A DNA stretch of 63,762 nt, filler included, from Octopus bimaculoides (GCF_001194135.2; 6 parts of 5 records of this genome joined end to end with filler, not necessarily neighbours in it), one strand, 5' to 3'. Counted from the whole stretch's first letter, positions 51,327 through 63,436 are shown. Numbers and translations: made by a program. The notes: generated by a model from the letters alone, not told the origin.

Positions 51327-53543
51327 AACAGACAAATATTTATGTACAGACAACACAAAGCTCAACAGAAAAAAAAAAGAAGAGTTGGGAGAGGTCATAC
51401 AAGTACATTTTTGTAGAAACTTATCAGGAATTGTAAAGCGTACTTGAGAGGATATATGAGGTACATGGAAGTTGGGGGGAAAGGTAGAATGGAAGAGTGA
51501 AGGTGAGAGTAGGAAAAACTGGGTAAAACTCTGAAAAAAAGAACTATAGAAATCAAAAAGAAATTGAAAAATAAATCAAATATATGAAACAACAATACCA
51601 CTACAGCAACAATAAACCTGAACCAATGGAAGAAATTTATGTGACTGTTAAACTTGCTAGAAATAGCAGCTAAATTGTCCTTAAATTACAAATTTGTACT
51701 GTCTTGAATAAATGATAGATAATGTAGCTCTAGGTATCCCTAAAAAATGAGAAAAATGTAAGGTAAGACCGAAAACCTTTGATCATAAGTCTGCTAGGAA
51801 TCACAATTAAATCAGTCTACAATCTTTAATGCTTTAGCATTTAAACCAGCTATATCAAGCCAAAATATTCTACTTATTTTAGGTCCAAACCAGCCAGATC
51901 CAGCCTCTCACACCTATCCTACAATGTCATTCTGAAAATTAATTCTCAAAGCTGTGAGTTAGTGCATGATTAATTCAAAACAATGTGAATAAACAAGCAT
52001 TGCATTTGACAGAGTAATCATCATCATCATCATCATCANNNNNNNNNNAGTGAAACCAGATGGCTACACCAGGCTCCAATCTGATTTGGCAGAGTTTCTA
52101 CAGCTGGATGCCCTTCCTAACGCCAACCACTCCAAGAGTGTAGTGGGTGCTTTTACATACCACCGGCACGACGGCCAGTCAGGCGGTACTGGCAACGGCC
52201 ACGCTCAAAATGGTGTATTTTACGTGTCACCTGCACAGGAGCCAGTTCGGCGGAACTGGCAACAATCTCGCTCGAATGTCTTTACACGTGCCATCCGGCA
52301 CAAGTGCCAGGAAGGCGATGCTGGGCACAGGCGCGAAAGGGTTACAAAAGGAAAAATATATAGGACAATGTAATTGTAGGTATATAGTTTGCACAAATGA
52401 CAGAAGGATCATTATTGGGAATGCCTTTCATAGTAAGTGTGCCCAATCAGAAATGATCTGAAAGTAAACAACACCAAGTGAAGCTTGTCTTCCCTCTCTT
52501 GAGCTCTTAACTTCTGCAAAAATAACAGGACACCAACACAACATAAGAGCATATTTAAATCTGGCAAAGCACAACTCTCTTCCAGAGAGAAAGAAAGATT
52601 TAATTTTCAGCTTTTCAGGATCAATAAATAAGTACTTAGTACTTTATTTAATAACCATAAACTGTAATCTTATGCCCCAACCCACCAACAAAAAAAAAAA
52701 AAAAAAAAAAAAAAAAANNNNNNNNNNNNNNNNNNNNNNNNNNNNNNNNNNNNNNNNNNNNNNNNNNNNNNNNNNNNNNNNNNNNNNNNNNNNNNNNNNN
52801 NNNNNNNNNNNNNNNNNNNNNNNNNNNNNNNNNNNNNNNNNNNNNNNNNNNNNNNNNNNNNNNNNNNNNNNNNNNNNNNNNNNNNNNNNNNNNNNNNNNN
52901 NNNNNNNNNNNNNNNNNNNNNNNNNNNNNNNNNNNNNNNNNNNNNNNNNNNNNNNNNNNNNNNNNNNNNNNNNNNNNNNNNNNNNNNNNNNNNNNNNNNN
53001 NNNNNNNNNNNNNNNNNNNNNNNNNNNNNNNNNNNNNNNNNNNNNNNNNNNNNNNNNNNNNNNNNNNNNNNNNNNNNNNNNNNNNNNNNNNNNNNNNNNN
53101 NNNNNNNNNNNNNNNNNNNNNNNNNNNNNNNNNNNNNNNNNNNNNNNNNNNNNNNNNNNNNNNNNNNNNNNNNNNNNNNNNNNNNNNNNNNNNNNNNNNN
53201 NNNNNNNNNNNNNNNNNNNNNNNNNNNNNNNNNNNNNNNNNNNNNNNNNNNNNNNNNNNNNNNNNNNNNNNNNNNNNNNNNNNNNNNNNNNNNNNNNNNN
53301 NNNNNNNNNNNNNNNNNNNNNNNNNNNNNNNNNNNNNNNNNNNNNNNNNNNNNNNNNNNNNNNNNNNNNNNNNNNNNNNNNNNNNNNNNNNNNNNNNNNN
53401 NNNNNNNNNNNNNNNNNNNNNNNNNNNNNNNNNNNNNNNNNNNNNNNNNNNNNNNNNNNNNNNNNNNNNNNNNNNNNNNNNNNNNNNNNNNNNNNNNNNN
53501 NNNNNNNNNNNNNNNATATATATATATATATATATATAGATAT

Positions 53544-53590
<47 letters not shown>

Positions 53591-53591
53591 T

Positions 53592-54794
53592 TGAGTCATC
53601 CCATAAATAATGTGGTTTTTTTCAATTGCATGAACTAAAAGTCAGAAGGGGATGGGATAAACTACCTGCATCCACTTGCTATAAAAGCAGTTGGTAATTT
53701 TACCTTTTTTTTTATTCTTAGTGTAAGTTTTGAAGAGTGCAGTTCAATTTTAACAGTTATTTTTTCAAAGCTATAATGGAAGTGACAAAGGAGTACATTC
53801 GGCATAATTTGCTTTATGAGTTCAATATAGGTAACAATGCAACGGAAAGTGTGTGGAATATTAATGCAGTATAACCAAAAGCCAGTGTCGGCAGTGGGAC
53901 CAGAAATTCCAAGCCAGAAACTGCAGCCTAGAAGATGAGCCTGATCCTGGAAGATCTGTAGAGTTCAACAAGGACATCCTGCAAACCCTGGTGGAACAAA
54001 ATCCCATCGCAACTGTTGAGGAACTAGCAGAGAAGATTGGATTTGGTCATTCAATCATTCATCGACACCTATGTGCCGTCGGAAAAGTCAGCAAATTGGG
54101 TCAATGGATTCCTCACAAACTTTCCAAGTCTAATTGCATGCAGAGAGTGAATGTAGGCTCTTCTTTGCNNNNNNNNNNTTGCATGCAGAGAGTGAATGTA
54201 GGCTCTTCTTTGCTGTCACATTTCATGAATGAACCTTTTCTAGAGCAAATAGCGACTGCTGACAAGAAATGGGTTCTCTGTAAAAATGTCAAGTGCTGAA
54301 GACAGTGGGTAGGGAAAGTAGAAACACTGGCACCCTAGGCTAAAGAAGTTCTTCACCCACATAAGGTGTTATCTGTTTGGTGGGATATGGAAGGTTTAGT
54401 CTACTTTGAACTTTTAAATCCAAACCAAATGATAAGAAAGGAGATCTACTGTGAGCAGCTAGAAAAAAATGACCATCTTTGGTTTCAAGATGAAAGGTGT
54501 TCTTCCATCAGGATAATGCTTGGCCCCGTCTGATTATTATTTATTCCATAGTCTTCAAAATCATTTGGACAGAAAAAATATGAATTCTGTAGACAAGGTC
54601 AGAACAGTACTGGAGAAGTATTTTTCATCACAGACAAGTGAATTTTGGAAGAGGGACCTTGCAAGTCTACCAGATAGATGGAAGAGCATTGTAGAAAATG
54701 AAGGAAAGTATATTTTAGATGAAAAAAGAACTTTATATTAATTTTGAAAGATAAAAAAAGTATTAAAAAAATACATTATTTATGGGTAACCTAA
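53592..54794 (+). mobile_element. Mariner element, near full length, pseudogenised
   Basis: TIR core cccataaataatgt at both ends. Reads MEVTKEYIRHNLLYEF...LGQWIPHKL...TADKKWVL...APSDYYLFHSLQNHL...LPDRWKSIVENEGKYI, with frameshifts and an internal deletion. Confidence 0.92.
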
Positions 54795-54887
54795 AGAGAA
54801 ATGAACAAATGAAAGATATGTGCATTTTGTAAGCTGTATAGTAATCAACCTATCTAGGAGAGCAGTGACTTTGAATAATAACCAATA

Positions 54888-55760
54888 TACAAGCAGCATT
54901 CCAGAAGTTTTGAGACTTTTAAGGCAAGGCTGTCGTAGCTGTCTGAGATTTTTGTAATTTTACTATATCATTGCTATATCACTGAATAAGATGAGCTGCC
55001 AACTTTTGTTATTCCAGACCAAAGGAGACAGCTGTACCAACACTTTGAACATACCTCAGTAACACTGGTGGTCACAGCTGATTACTTTGCAGAATGCAGT
55101 TGGGATGTTTGGAAGCTTGTTATGCAATAAAGATTTGTGTTAAACTGGGCATTGCAGAAACTTATGAAATGCTCCAGACTGTTTATGGATTAATTCTTTC
55201 ATTAGCACAAGAGGTTCAAGGACAGTAGAGAGGTGGTGAGAGCTGATGAGGGGTGCATAAAGTTGAGGGATGTTGGAACATCAAATCCAGTTGAGAAAAT
55301 ACACAATTTTATGGATGATGACCATTGAATGCCTATAAAGGCACTAACCATGCAGTTTGGAATTGGTGTAGTAATTGTGCACAGAATTTATTCATGAAGA
55401 TCTGAACATGTGCAAACTTAGTGTAAAGTCTGTTCCCAGAGTGCTCAGTGTTGAGTATCCTGGTAGCCAACTACTTGACAGAACAGGCATCAAAACTGCT
55501 CCTCATCTTCCCTACAGTCGAGACCTTGTTTCCTGTGGCTTTTGCTTGTTCCCCAAGTTGGAGGAGTTGCTTTGAAGATGAAGAAGGCAGTGATAAAAGT
55601 GCTGGGCACCTTCACTTTGGAGGACTTCCATGGGGCCTTCACAAAGTGTACTGAAGTCAGAGGATCCTACTTTGAAGGGGATTAGATTTTTTGTACTTCT
55701 TTGAAATTAATAAGTGTCTCTCCTGAAAAAGTCTGAAGACTTTGGGATTGCATCTTATAA
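54888..55760 (+). mobile_element. Internally deleted, old mariner element
   Basis: Degenerate TIRs. Fragments AIKICVKLG..ETYEMLQTVYG, IHEDLNMCKLSVKSVPRVL and PHLPYSRDLVSCGFCLFPKL. Confidence 0.75.
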
Positions 55761-56208
55761 GGTGGAGCAGACCTGCTCAGATTTGTCACAGACAGCTTCA
55801 CTAGTGATAAGAAGGGCATCCAATCATACAAATCTGAAGATTTAAAAAAAAAATTTTATAAATGTTGGTATATGTTGCAAGATGACAAAGAGTAGCAGCA
55901 AAAAATGAGACATATCAAGACCCATTAAACCCATGCTAGTATGGGGGAAAAAAATGGAAAATAATATTGATACACACATACACACACACACACACACACC
56001 GTAAAGTGGTTGATAATAGAAACAAAGCCAAAGCTGACATTGGGACTTGTCACAACCCTATAGCTCACTGGATCTGTTCAAACCATCCAACCCATTCCAG
56101 CATGGAAAATGGATGCTAAATGATGATGAAATTCATCTCAATATTTTTCTGTACTAATAAGTGTTAGTCAAATATATTATTGCATTGCAGTTTCTTTTCT
56201 TTTCACAG

Positions 56209-56226
56209 CCAGATGACCTTCTGTGT
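56209..56226 (+). CDS. Possible short start exon of the C19orf12-like gene
   Basis: Strong acceptor tttcttttcttttcacag| at 56208, followed by ATG at 56213. The donor is ambiguous (several GT in gtgtgtatgt), and a scaffold gap separates it from the next exon. Confidence 0.25.
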
Positions 56227-56227
56227 G

Positions 56228-56268
<41 letters not shown>

Positions 56269-56412
56269 NNNNNNNNNNNNNNNNNNNNNNNNNNNNNNNN
56301 NNNNNNNNNNNNTTAATTAATTAANNNNNNNNNNNNNNNNNNNNNNNNNNNNNNNNNNNNNNNNNNNNTGTATGTCTTTCTCTCTTTCATAACACAATTC
56401 ATTGCTTACAAG

Positions 56413-56593
56413 ATTTGTCAAGCTACTTTGGAAATTTCACTAAGCAATGCTGATATTATAAAAGTGTTGTCTACCATAAGTAAAGATAATGACCTCTATC
56501 TTAAACCCAAGAATTCTATAAATGCTTCTATGTTATATGGAATGATAACTATCATTCTGGGAGCATTACTAGGAATCCATGGTCTTCTTATTG
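56413..56593 (+). CDS. C19orf12: C19orf12-like (Nazo-like) protein, coding exon with the N-terminal helix and glycine-rich hydrophobic segment
   Basis: Acceptor cttacaag| at 56412 and donor g|GTAAGT at 56594. The 181 nt are open: ICQATLEISLSNADIIKVLSTISKDNDLYLKPKNSINASMLYGMITIILGALLGIHGLLIG. This aligns without gaps to recalled human C19orf12 D18-G65 (DIMKLLCSLS...KHS...G...GPPGLAVG) and ends in a phase-1 split Gly codon. No in-frame ATG lies in this exon. Confidence 0.8.
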
Positions 56594-56763
56594 GTAAGTA
56601 ATCAATATTTATATTTTCATTTTGGCAAGAGCTTACATTATATGAAAATGTTTCTTATTGTTTACTATTGATATATTTTCTTGGTTTGTAATAATTCAAT
56701 TGACATTACTTATGTGGCTTCAAGATTGCTGTCTTGATTTTGTCTCCTCAGTATCATTCACAT

Positions 56764-56801
<38 letters not shown>

Positions 56802-57476
56802 AAGGCATTTTCTAGAGTTTCCAAAGACCTTTTCTATGAATACATTGTTACTGGTTCAATATGACATGTTATTTTGTGTAGGTCACACATTATGTGCTTG
56901 TTACAAATTGTAACTGTAGACATTCAGGAAGTTTCCCACTCAAGTATGATTTGATAGATGTATATACATACATGTGAATGAGTGGGTCTGTATGTGCAAT
57001 AGCTGTCAAATAAGCATCCCCACCCCATCATATAAGCAATGTCACACATTTTGAATCTCATGAAATAGGTCTGGCCATAGGAAAATATTAAATTACTTGG
57101 AAATAGGTGAGGGTTGGTGACATGAAGGTCATGTGGACATAGAAAATTTGTCTCAACTGATTCTGCCTGACCCATGTGAGAATGGAAAAGTGGAAATTAA
57201 AAGCATGAAGGTGATGAAAATAATATATATGCTCTAATTAAATGAAATAGGTGTAAACTTAATTTAAATTGGTATCATATAAGAATGTTAGATTCATATT
57301 TGAGAAATGTCCAGATAAGTGCAGGAGTGTCCATGTGGTAAGAAGCTTGCTTTTCAACCACATGGTTCCAGGTTCAGTCCCACTGTGTAGCACCTTGGGT
57401 AAGTGTCTTCTACTATAGTCTTGGGCTGACCAAGGCCTTGTGAGTGGATTTGGTAGATGGAAACTGAAAGAAGACT

Positions 57477-57508
<32 letters not shown>

Positions 57509-57899
57509 NNNNNNNNNNNNNNNNNNNNNNNNNNNNNNNNNNNNNNNNNNNNNNNNNNNNNNNNNNNNNNNNNNNNNNNNNNNNNNNNNNNNNNNNNNNN
57601 NNNNNNNNNNNNNNNNNNNNNNNNNNNNNNNNNNNNNNNNNNNNNNNNNNNNNNNNNNNNNNNNNNNNNNNNNNNNNNNNNNNNNNNNNNNNNNNNNNNN
57701 NNNNNNNNNNNNNNNNNNNNNNNNNNNNNNNNNNNNNNNNNNNNNNNNNNNNNNNNNNNNNNNNNNNNNNNNNNNNNNNNNNNNNNNNNNNNNNNNNNNN
57801 NNNNNNNNNNNNNNNNNNNNNNNNNNNNNNNNNNNNNNNNNNNNNNNNNNNNNNNNNNNNNGTTCTTTATTATCTATCTATTTCTTTACCATGTAAACA

Positions 57900-58980
57900 T
57901 CGCCCGCTGGCTCACGGTATGCCCACTCCGCCCCCTCCACCAGTACCGGAAGTTCTTATCCTCTGTCATCCTTGGTTGTCTCCTGCGAACACTTCTAAGG
58001 GCCTAATACCATCCCCTCCCCTACCTAGGGTTTTATTGATCATGTAGCGCATAAAGATGGTGTAGTGTATGCAGGCTGTAGGTATTGTTTGTTTATGAAT
58101 TCTGCCAAATGCAAGCTTTCTTTTCAGGTACAGGACACTGCTGTCCCCCATCCCAGGGTCTCACAGGCCCACACCTCCCACACCATCAGAATTGGCACTC
58201 TCAACGTCAGCACACTGAAAGGTAGGTCTGGTAAGATTGTTGAGATGCTTGAGCGGAGACATGTAGATTTGTGCTGCATCCAAAAAGTAAGGTGGAGAGG
58301 AGGTTCTGCAAGGTTCCTCACAGGCAAAGAACACAGGTATAAGATTTTCTGGGCAGGGAACACTGACGGGGTAGGGGGCGTGGGAATACTTCTTGCAGAG
58401 AAATGGGTNNNNNNNNNNTCTGGGCAGGGAACACTGACGGGGTAGGGGGCGTGGGAATACTTCTTGCAGAGAAATGGGTTGATAAGGTAATCGAGGTAGT
58501 CAGAGTATGTGACAGAGTACTTAAGATTAGACTAGTGCTTCACCATAGGGTAGCTACCGTTATCTCAGCCTATGCCCCTCAACCGGGGCTACTGGATAGG
58601 CAGAAAGACCAATTCTATGATACCTTCTTGCAAACTACCTCGTCGACGAATGACAGGGACCTTCTCTTTGTAGCTGGTGATTTCAACGGTCATGTAGGAC
58701 GTCATGCAGGGGGCTTCCATGGCATTCATGGAGGCTATGGCTTCGGTTCCCGCAATGAGGAGGGAACCAGACTGCTGGAGTTCTGTGATGCAAATGAGCT
58801 TATGGTTTGCAACACCAACTTCAAGAAACTTGTGTATCACCTAGTCACCTACTGTTCCAGCAAACACTCTAGCCAAATTGACTACATCCTCATCAGAAAT
58901 AGGGAAAGAGAACTGCTTATAAATGCTAAAACTTTCCCAGGCGAAGAATGTACCCCTCAACACAGATTAGTAGTTAGCGA
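57900..58980 (+). mobile_element. RTE-clade LINE 5' part with a near-complete apurinic endonuclease domain, inside the C19orf12-like intron
   Basis: IGTLNVSTLKG, DLCCIQKVRW, GVGILL, VISAYAPQ, VAGDFNGHVG, RNEEGTRLLEFC, SQIDYIL, QHRLVVSD. It is truncated right after the domain. The 58349-58388 overlap across the N gap is an assembly duplicate. Confidence 0.95.
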
Positions 58981-59207
58981 TTCGGCAAAAGTGACCGATA
59001 GAATATGTATTCGGCTTACAACGAATAAGTCCTGGGGTCAGTTTGTTTGATTAAAGTTGGTGCTCCAGCATAGCCACAGTGAAATGACTGAAACAAGCTA
59101 AAGTATAAAAGAGTAAAAGACTATATTTTAAATATGTCTCAGTAACATTGCTTTAATATTTAACTAAAAATTTCGACTAAATAATTGTATTTATGTTTCT
59201 TTTTTAG

Positions 59208-59479
59208 GTTTTTTTGTGCACTTCATAGGAATACAATATGAGAAAAATAATTATAAACCAGTTTCAGAAATTTTGTATGGATTCTCTGATGAGAAGAAGG
59301 AATTACTATGCAGCAAGATTAAAAAAATATTAAAACGCAGTACCTTTACAGATACTTCTCAGCTCTTGAAGAGCAGTAAATCTGATAACAACTACTACTA
59401 TGATATTCGAGATAAGATGATTGCATTTTTGGCTTTAGAATATAATCTGATTTCAAAACCTAAACCTAATAACAAGTAA
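59208..59479 (+). CDS. C19orf12: C19orf12-like protein, last coding exon
   Basis: Polypyrimidine acceptor tttatgtttcttttttag|, phase compatible with the upstream donor. Reads (G)FFVHFIGIQYEKNNYKPVSEILYGFSDEKKELLCSKIKKILKRSTFTDTSQLL...MIAFLALEYNLISKPKPNNK*. KPV..IL, L, I, TD..QL and E match recalled human FKPVPQIL...WTDAVQL...TKEL at identical spacing. Confidence 0.82.
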
Positions 59480-59577
59480 TGTGCAACTACTTACAAAATC
59501 TGTTGTTATATTAAAATAACACTTTGTAACATAATTTGTTTTTTCCAAGTATTCCATCTAATTATATATTATTATTA

Positions 59578-59808
59578 AGGCGTCGAGCTGGCAGAATCGT
59601 TAGCACGCCGGGTAAAATGTTTAATGGTATTTCGTCTGCCGTTACGTTCTGAGTTCAAATTCCGCCGAGGTTGACTTCGCCTTTCATTCTTTCGGGGTCG
59701 ATAAATTAAGGACCATTTACGCACTGGGGTCGATGTAATCGACTTAATCGCTTTGTCTGTCCTTGTTTGTCCCCTCTATGTTTAGCCCCTTGTGGGCAAT
59801 AAAGAACT
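59578..59808 (+). mobile_element. SINE family A with the alternative 3' tail (ttgtttgtcccctctatgtttagccccttgtggg)
   Basis: Close reverse-complement match to 19796-20022. Confidence 0.85.
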
Positions 59809-60125
59809 ATATATATATATATCATTATCTGTTATATTTTCTGCAAAGATTATCCATAGTACTTTCCCTAAATCCAAAGATTATCCATAGTACTTTCCCT
59901 AAATCTTGTACAATCATATATTTNNNNNNNNNNNNNNNNNNNNNNNNNNNNNNNNNNNNNNNNNNNNNNNNNNNNNNNNNNNNNNNNNNNNNNNNNNNNN
60001 NNNNNNNNNNNNNNNNNNNNNNNNNNNNNNNNNNNNNNNNNNNNNNNNNNNNNNNNNNNNNNNNNNNNNNNNNNNNNNNNNNNNNNNNNNNNNNNNNNNN
60101 NNNNNNNNNNNNNNNNNNNNNNNNN

Positions 60126-60830
60126 AAAAATGAGCAACCTTAATCGCTTTTCAAACCTTCTTGGGTTATCATCAAAGGTGTCTACCTCATTCTGACAGCC
60201 TCCATTGGTGAAAAACTCTTTCAGTTTTGATGAGAAGAAGGAAGAGAGGTCATTTTCGACCTCTTTGTGACTTTTGAGTTCTAAGGAGCCTAAATGATTC
60301 TGTAAGCTTTGAAACAAAATGGTAGTCAGAAGGAACGAGGTCTGGGGAATAAATGGGTGAGGAAGGTTTTTTTACCAACCAAGTTTTTCAATTTTTCTGT
60401 TGTAATCTTTGCAGTGGGGGTGCTTGCCATATCAAAGTAGCATTTTATTCTTCTTCAAAACATCAATCAAACATTCTAATTGTTGTTGATAGGTGTGAGC
60501 AGTAATTGTTGTATTAGTAGTAGCTCAAAGTGGATGTCTCCAATGCAATCCCACCAATCAGAAAGAAAAACCACTTTCGCAAGGCGCTCCTTTTTGGGTT
60601 GTGATTTAGCCTGTTCTCCATAACTAAACCATTACATGTGTTCTTTTTTTTAACCTTATACAAGCCATATTCTGCAACGTCTTTTATCCAAGCACTCTTC
60701 TGCATAAACAGAATGGATATTTCGGGTTGCCTTTGCTGTATCAGTTCCCTTTTTGAACTCTTAAAGGATTATGTGCCTTAAATTCTCCTTCAATATGTCT
60801 GTCTTCGAGGGGTTAATATTAGAAATTAAT
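60126..60830 (-). mobile_element. Internally deleted mariner relic
   Basis: Minus strand KENLRHIIL..FKKGTDTAKATRNIHSVYAEECL (N-terminus), then PHP...PDLVPSDYH/FQSLQNHLGSLELKSHKEVENDLSSFFSSK (C-terminus). Confidence 0.8.
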
Positions 60831-61050
60831 TCAGTCAGATTATTTTCTAAAAAAAATTATGTTAAATTAAAAGGTTCCAAATTCATATGAATATCAATCA
60901 ATATCATTTCATATGTTAGAATATTGTAAAATTTGATAGAAATTACATATACGATATTTCTGACAACATTTATGGGATGAGCTGAGAATTATATTTCATC
61001 ATCTGTTGATTCTCATATTTTCTGCAAAAGTTATCCACAATTTTTTTTTT

Positions 61051-61143
61051 TTAAATCTGGTTTGCAAAATTCTCTATGTGAATATGTGGGTTGAAATAAA
61101 TTTTGCTGTGTCTTGGACAGACAAACACAGCCTCCATAGTGGA
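61051..61143 (-). CDS. Candidate exon following the 38-nt exon
   Basis: Acceptor gacttttctcttag|, phase 0, STMEAVFVCPRHSKIYFNPHIHIENFANQI*. The frame continues after the stop (KKKIVDNFCRKYENQQ), so it is either terminal or pseudogenised. Confidence 0.25.
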   Translation of the reverse strand, partial: STMEAVFVCPRHSKIYFNPHIHIENFANQI

Positions 61144-61473
61144 CTAAGAGAAAAGTCATTGAAGAGGTTGCAAATAGCAATGAAAGAGCTTTTTGAAAAA
61201 ACAAACAAAAGCTAAAGAAACAACTGATTGTTTAACCAAGTTAAACAAACAATTAATTAGTTAGTTGGATGTTAAATCAATTGATTAATGATAAAAGAGT
61301 GGAATTGAACCAGTGCATGTGTTAATGATATTGGCATAATGACTCTTCCTAGATACAAAAATTATTTATGGTGCTTTCTGAAATTTTGTACAATATTAAG
61401 TAAACTTTTGAAATAAATATCAGTTTTAAAAGCAAACATCAAATTATTTGCAACAGAAATTTTATAACCTCAC

Positions 61474-61511
61474 CAGGTCAATAAAATAATCTGGAATTAT
61501 TCTTTGTATTT
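61474..61511 (-). CDS. Candidate 38-nt exon of an unidentified minus-strand gene (copy 1)
   Basis: Minus strand tttattatttcaaag|aaATACAAAGAATAATTCCAGATTATTTTATTGACCTG|gtgagg, reading (E)IQRIIPDYFIDL, phase 1 in and phase 0 out. Confidence 0.4.
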
Positions 61512-61853
61512 CTTTGAAATAATAAACATTTACAAATATTTGTTTGTGTCTCATTGTGAAATTCTTATTTGTTCCTTGATAAAAGAGTGGAATTGAACCA
61601 GTGCATGTGTTAATGATATTGGCATAATGACTCTTCCTAAATACAAAAATCATTTATGGTGCTTTCTGAAATTTTGTACAATCCTATATTAAATAAATTT
61701 TTGAAATAAATATCAGTTTTAAAAACAAACATCAAATTATTTGCAACAGAAATTTTATAACCTCACCAGGTCAATAAAATAATCTGGAATTATTCTTTGT
61801 ANNNNNNNNNNGCAAACATCAAATTATTTGCAACAGAAATTTTATAACCTCAC

Positions 61854-61891
61854 CAGGTCAATAAAATAATCTGGAATTATTCTTTGTATCT
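61854..61891 (-). CDS. Duplicate of the 38-nt candidate exon
   Basis: Same splice signals and peptide. One substitution (GAA vs GAG if the upstream exon supplies G, which would be synonymous). A further partial copy lies at 61767-61801. Confidence 0.35.
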
Positions 61892-62304
61892 CTTTGAAAT
61901 AATAAACATTTACAAATATTTGTTTGTGTCTCATTGTGAAATTCTTATTTGTGCCTTGATTACATCCAGACTGTAAGGAGATTCAGAGATTCATGGTTAC
62001 ATCCAGACTAGAGGTGATTCATGGTTACCTTGTAGAAGAGAGAGGGTGGATACAGAAGAACCAAGAAAGGTGTGTATTGTTGCAAGATTGTGGGATGAGA
62101 GTGAGAAATGAATATAAACATAGGGGTGGATATATGCTCTTTTACTAGTTTCAGTCATTTGACTGTGGCCATGCTGGAGCACCGNNNNNNNNNNNNNNNN
62201 NNNNNNNNNNNNNNNNNNNNNNNNNNNNTTAATTAATTAANNNNNNNNNNNNNNNNNNNNNNNNNNNNNNNNNNNNNNNNNNNNTTATTATTATTATTAT
62301 TATT

Positions 62305-62862
62305 GAGTGAGAGAGCAGTGTATGCCATCAAAGTGACACTAGGGTAAAATATACGAAGCCCATTATACCCATCATGACTACCCGTCTGATAAGGGTACAC
62401 CAGGCACATGCATCACAACCATATGTACGCGACATGGTGATCTCATATCAAGATAAACAACGCATGACTTTGCAGGTGGGGCCCAGTTAGAATTTTCTTC
62501 AGGTCGAGTAGCCCATCCTGCTCAAAAGGTCCCTGAATAAGGTTTGTTTAAGGATGTTGAGCAAAACACCCATGTTTCCAGAGGTGAATTATTCAAACAC
62601 CAACGAATTCCTCCCAACACAATGGCTATGATGCTTCCCCACTACTTCTGCTCATAATCAGAGACGCTCATATCGTCAGCCAACAAGGGACATGCTCAAC
62701 TGGTTAAGGTCAAACAACAGACAAGCAAATCTGTGGTATTAAGCAGGATATTTGCTGTAGACTATCTTTTTATACCAAGATAAAACGATATACATGATAA
62801 CACTTCCAATCAATTAAGATCAGAAGCCATGAGAGCCACTGCCTGGTACTGCATCCGGGCAT
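62305..62862. mobile_element. About 560-bp non-coding element bounded on both sides by (AAT)n; probable non-autonomous retroelement
   Basis: Sharp-edged, GC-richer block between (TTA)n runs, with no long ORF. Confidence 0.55.
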
Positions 62863-62881
62863 TTATTATTATTTTTTTTTT

Positions 62882-63415
62882 CCTTACAATTTTCTTTCCA
62901 TTTCTTGCCGAGTTTGCTCCTGTCACCTAGGGCACAGAAACTCACTGTATGCATTGGTAAGCCATTAGAATAAAGACACCAGATTGTTCACTTAGAAGGT
63001 CATGTGATAGAGAAAAAGGGGAAGAAGCAAAGAGAGGAAAAAAGAAAAAGAAAAATGGAAAAAAGCAAAGAAAACAAAGGGATAAAAGGAAAGAAAATTC
63101 ACGTCGACAATGTTCTTCTCAATAATGTGTCGTACCAGTTAAGACAATATTTTGCACTTCCTGCATGGATGGTAAGCCAGGAATCATCCTCAAATAAGTT
63201 TAGTTACTTTTTAATCATTCCAAGTGCTTCTTCAATCACTAGTATTGTAACCGACTTGAGATGCCAACGTCTTTTCGATTTCGATCAGCAAATCTTGATA
63301 TTCTCTGAGAATATCGAATTCTTTTGCCGAGATATCATGGTCACAGAGTATGCTCATGTCAATCAATACGCATACTTTATTGTTTTGGTCTTTCACAACA
63401 ATATCTGAGTTATTA
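62882..63415 (-). mobile_element. R4/Dong-clade 3' end with restriction-like endonuclease domain
   Basis: SDIVVKDQNNKVCVLIDMSILCDHDISAKEFD...YQDLLIEIEK, frameshifted C-terminus ending near 63099, 3' UTR and an A/(AAT) tail. Confidence 0.88.
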
Positions 63416-63436
63416 TCATTGATTTTTTTATTATTG

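Larger units (their letters stand above)
61289..61958. repeat. 288-bp tandem duplication (2-3 copies)
   Basis: tgataaaagagtggaattgaacc starts at 61289 and 61577. A further copy follows the 10-N gap. Confidence 0.9.

Noticed and set aside
58349-58470. Direct repeat inside the RTE endonuclease
   Set aside because: Identical overlap on both sides of a 10-N gap, so an assembly artefact. The same applies to 54131-54210.
58128-58980. Exonisation of the RTE endonuclease into the C19orf12-like transcript via ttttcag|gtacag
   Set aside because: The acceptor is phase 0 for the endonuclease frame, but the upstream donor is phase 1, which gives a short out-of-frame product.
62820-62862. HDV-like ribozyme at the end of the 560-bp element
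   Set aside because: I could not find a P1 complement by eye.
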